From Terriglobales bacterium (GTDB lineage Bacteria > Acidobacteriota > Terriglobia > Terriglobales > Acidobacteriaceae): 64,000 bases of DNA. Every line of letters begins with the position of its first letter. Position 1 is the first letter of the stretch. A program made the translations under genes and the position numbers. The DNA is taken from positions 34,139-98,138 of the forward strand of contig JBAWFN010000069.1 in NCBI GenBank assembly GCA_049591935.1. The letters are read 5' to 3'. The notes under the pieces were generated by a model. That model saw nothing but the letters and a program-made list of their open reading frames with translations. It searched no databases and was not told the origin of the DNA. This document shows, in pieces, positions 62,949 to 64,000 of the stretch.

Positions 62949-64000
62949 ATGGCAACAAAACCTTGTTTTTCTGCTGCATGGGTGGTGTTTCTTGGGTTGA
63001 CGCTGAATTACGGATTTGCCCAATCGTCTGCCAATCATCCCATCGTCCTGCACGCGGCGCACATGCTCGATATTGAGAGCGGAAAGATGGTTTCGCCCGG
63101 CGAAGTATTGGTGCAGGGCGAACGCATTCTGGAGGCCGGCGCTGTGGTGAAGCATCCGGCGGGCGCGGAGACGATTGACCTGGGCGACAGCACTCTGCTG
63201 CCGGGCCTGATTGATGCTCACGTGCACCTGTTTCTGCACCCCGGCACGGAGGACTTGCAGACGGTGGAAGAATCGGTTCCGCAGCGCACGATCATCGCCA
63301 CGCTGGCAGCGCGTGCTGACCTGATGGCGGGCTTTACGGCAGAACGCGACATGGGCACCGAGGGCGCGGGTTCGGCGGATACTGCGGTTCGCAATGCCAT
63401 TGACGATGGACTGATTCCGGGGCCGCGGCTGAGAATCAGCGGCAATGCGGTGGATATTCTTGGCGGGCATGAGGATGCCAATCACTTCAATCCGGCGCAA
63501 CGTGTGCTTTCCAACGCCACCTACGCGAACGGAATCGATGAATTAATTGCCGTGATCCGCCAGCAATTTAAGGAAGGCGCGGATTTCATCAAGATTTATG
63601 AGACCGGACCGGACTCGATACGCGATGGCAAACATTCCACCATTTATCAGTACACTGAGGCCGAGTTGGCAGCGGCCGTGCACGAGGCTGCGCGAGTCGG
63701 CAAACATGTTGCTGTTCACGCGACCGGAGAGCCGGGGACGTTGTACGCGGCGCAGGCCGGCGTGGTGTCGATTGATCATGCCAACCGGCTCAGCGATCAG
63801 ACTATGCAGCTGATGCGGGAGAAGCAAATCTTTGCTGTTCCTACCTTCACCATCTTCGAATATTTCGCCGATCATGCCGCCACGCCGGAACAGGCGGCGC
63901 GTGAGCGCCAGATGCTTGATCTGCATGCGCAGGAATTTCCGAAGCAGCTCGCAGCGGGGGTGCCGATGGCTGTGGGCTCCGACGTCGGGCCATTTCCGCA
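62949..64000 (+). CDS. secreted amidohydrolase-family protein, partial (runs off the right edge)
   Basis: Not in the ORF track (no in-window stop). Hand translation from ATG 62949: MATKPCFSAAWVVFLGLTLNYGFAQ...LLPGLIDAHVHLFLHPG...GADFIKIYETG...KHVAVHATGE...AVGSDVGPFP. The listed minus-strand ORFs here are shadows. Confidence 0.75.
   Translation, partial: MATKPCFSAAWVVFLGLTLNYGFAQSSANHPIVLHAAHMLDIESGKMVSPGEVLVQGERILEAGAVVKHPAGAETIDLGDSTLLPGLIDAHVHLFLHPGTEDLQTVEESVPQRTIIATLAARADLMAGFTAERDMGTEGAGSADTAVRNAIDDGLIPGPRLRISGNAVDILGGHEDANHFNPAQRVLSNATYANGIDELIAVIRQQFKEGADFIKIYETGPDSIRDGKHSTIYQYTEAELAAAVHEAARVGKHVAVHATGEPGTLYAAQAGVVSIDHANRLSDQTMQLMREKQIFAVPTFTIFEYFADHAATPEQAARERQMLDLHAQEFPKQLAAGVPMAVGSDVGPFP

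Noticed and set aside
62168-63926. ORFs 62168..62914(+), 62203..62697(-), 62934..63500(-) and 63543..63926(-)
   Set aside because: They overlap or lie antisense to the small membrane-protein gene and the edge-truncated amidohydrolase gene, and have no motifs.

Overview
GC-rich chromosomal segment that looks acidobacterial. That placement is inference from an ADOP-type duplicated-permease fragment, paired VWFA paralogues and the intergenic repeat families; no search was run. I support about 55 protein genes, one tRNA, several gene fragments and several small repeat families. I saw no rRNA and no CRISPR array.

Layout, left to right:
- 1-7465: minus-strand six-gene operon. HD-like protein, PrpD/MmgE-family dehydratase, fused aconitase-family hydro-lyase, IDH/IPMDH-family dehydrogenase, CitD-CitE fusion, then CitF, which runs off the left edge.
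- 7640-9825: glycosyltransferase plus NAD-dependent epimerase.
- 10054-12956: arsR-arsM-arsC-acr3 operon with a palindromic operator.
- 13005-20507: tightly coupled cluster of a sulfotransferase, two paralogous membrane-anchored alkaline-phosphatase-superfamily (NPP-like) enzymes, a membrane protein and a small RHH-like protein. A divergent sulfatase-like/TPR protein lacks the formylglycine motif.
- 20708-33997: a roughly 13-kb decayed genomic island in the initiator tRNA-fMet gene. It is bounded by a 45-nt direct repeat of the tRNA 3' half. It carries an AbiE-like module, two orphan genes, fragments of IS110, IS3, integrase and xthA genes, a three-part chimeric ORF and two reciprocally decayed ridA-qor modules.
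- 34066-34635: a Bcp/PrxQ peroxiredoxin with in-frame TGA at the peroxidatic-Cys position, a probable selenoprotein that the ORF track splits in two.
- 34765-64000: mostly ordinary genes. These are fadD, beta-carbonic anhydrase, thiG, ftsB-like, PGM/PMM, cutA, transsulfuration genes, two VWA paralogues, DUF1015, an amidase, GerMN, rph, czcCBA, lacD, an SDR, a GGDEF protein, a GH13 enzyme and a partial amidohydrolase.

Best candidates for something undescribed:
- the AbiE-like pair whose antitoxin-like partner has a nuclease-like N-domain, together with the neighbouring orphan genes
- the AP-superfamily/sulfotransferase cluster
- the citrate-lyase/PrpD/aconitase/IDH operon

All family calls come from reading the translations. 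Nothing was computed or searched.
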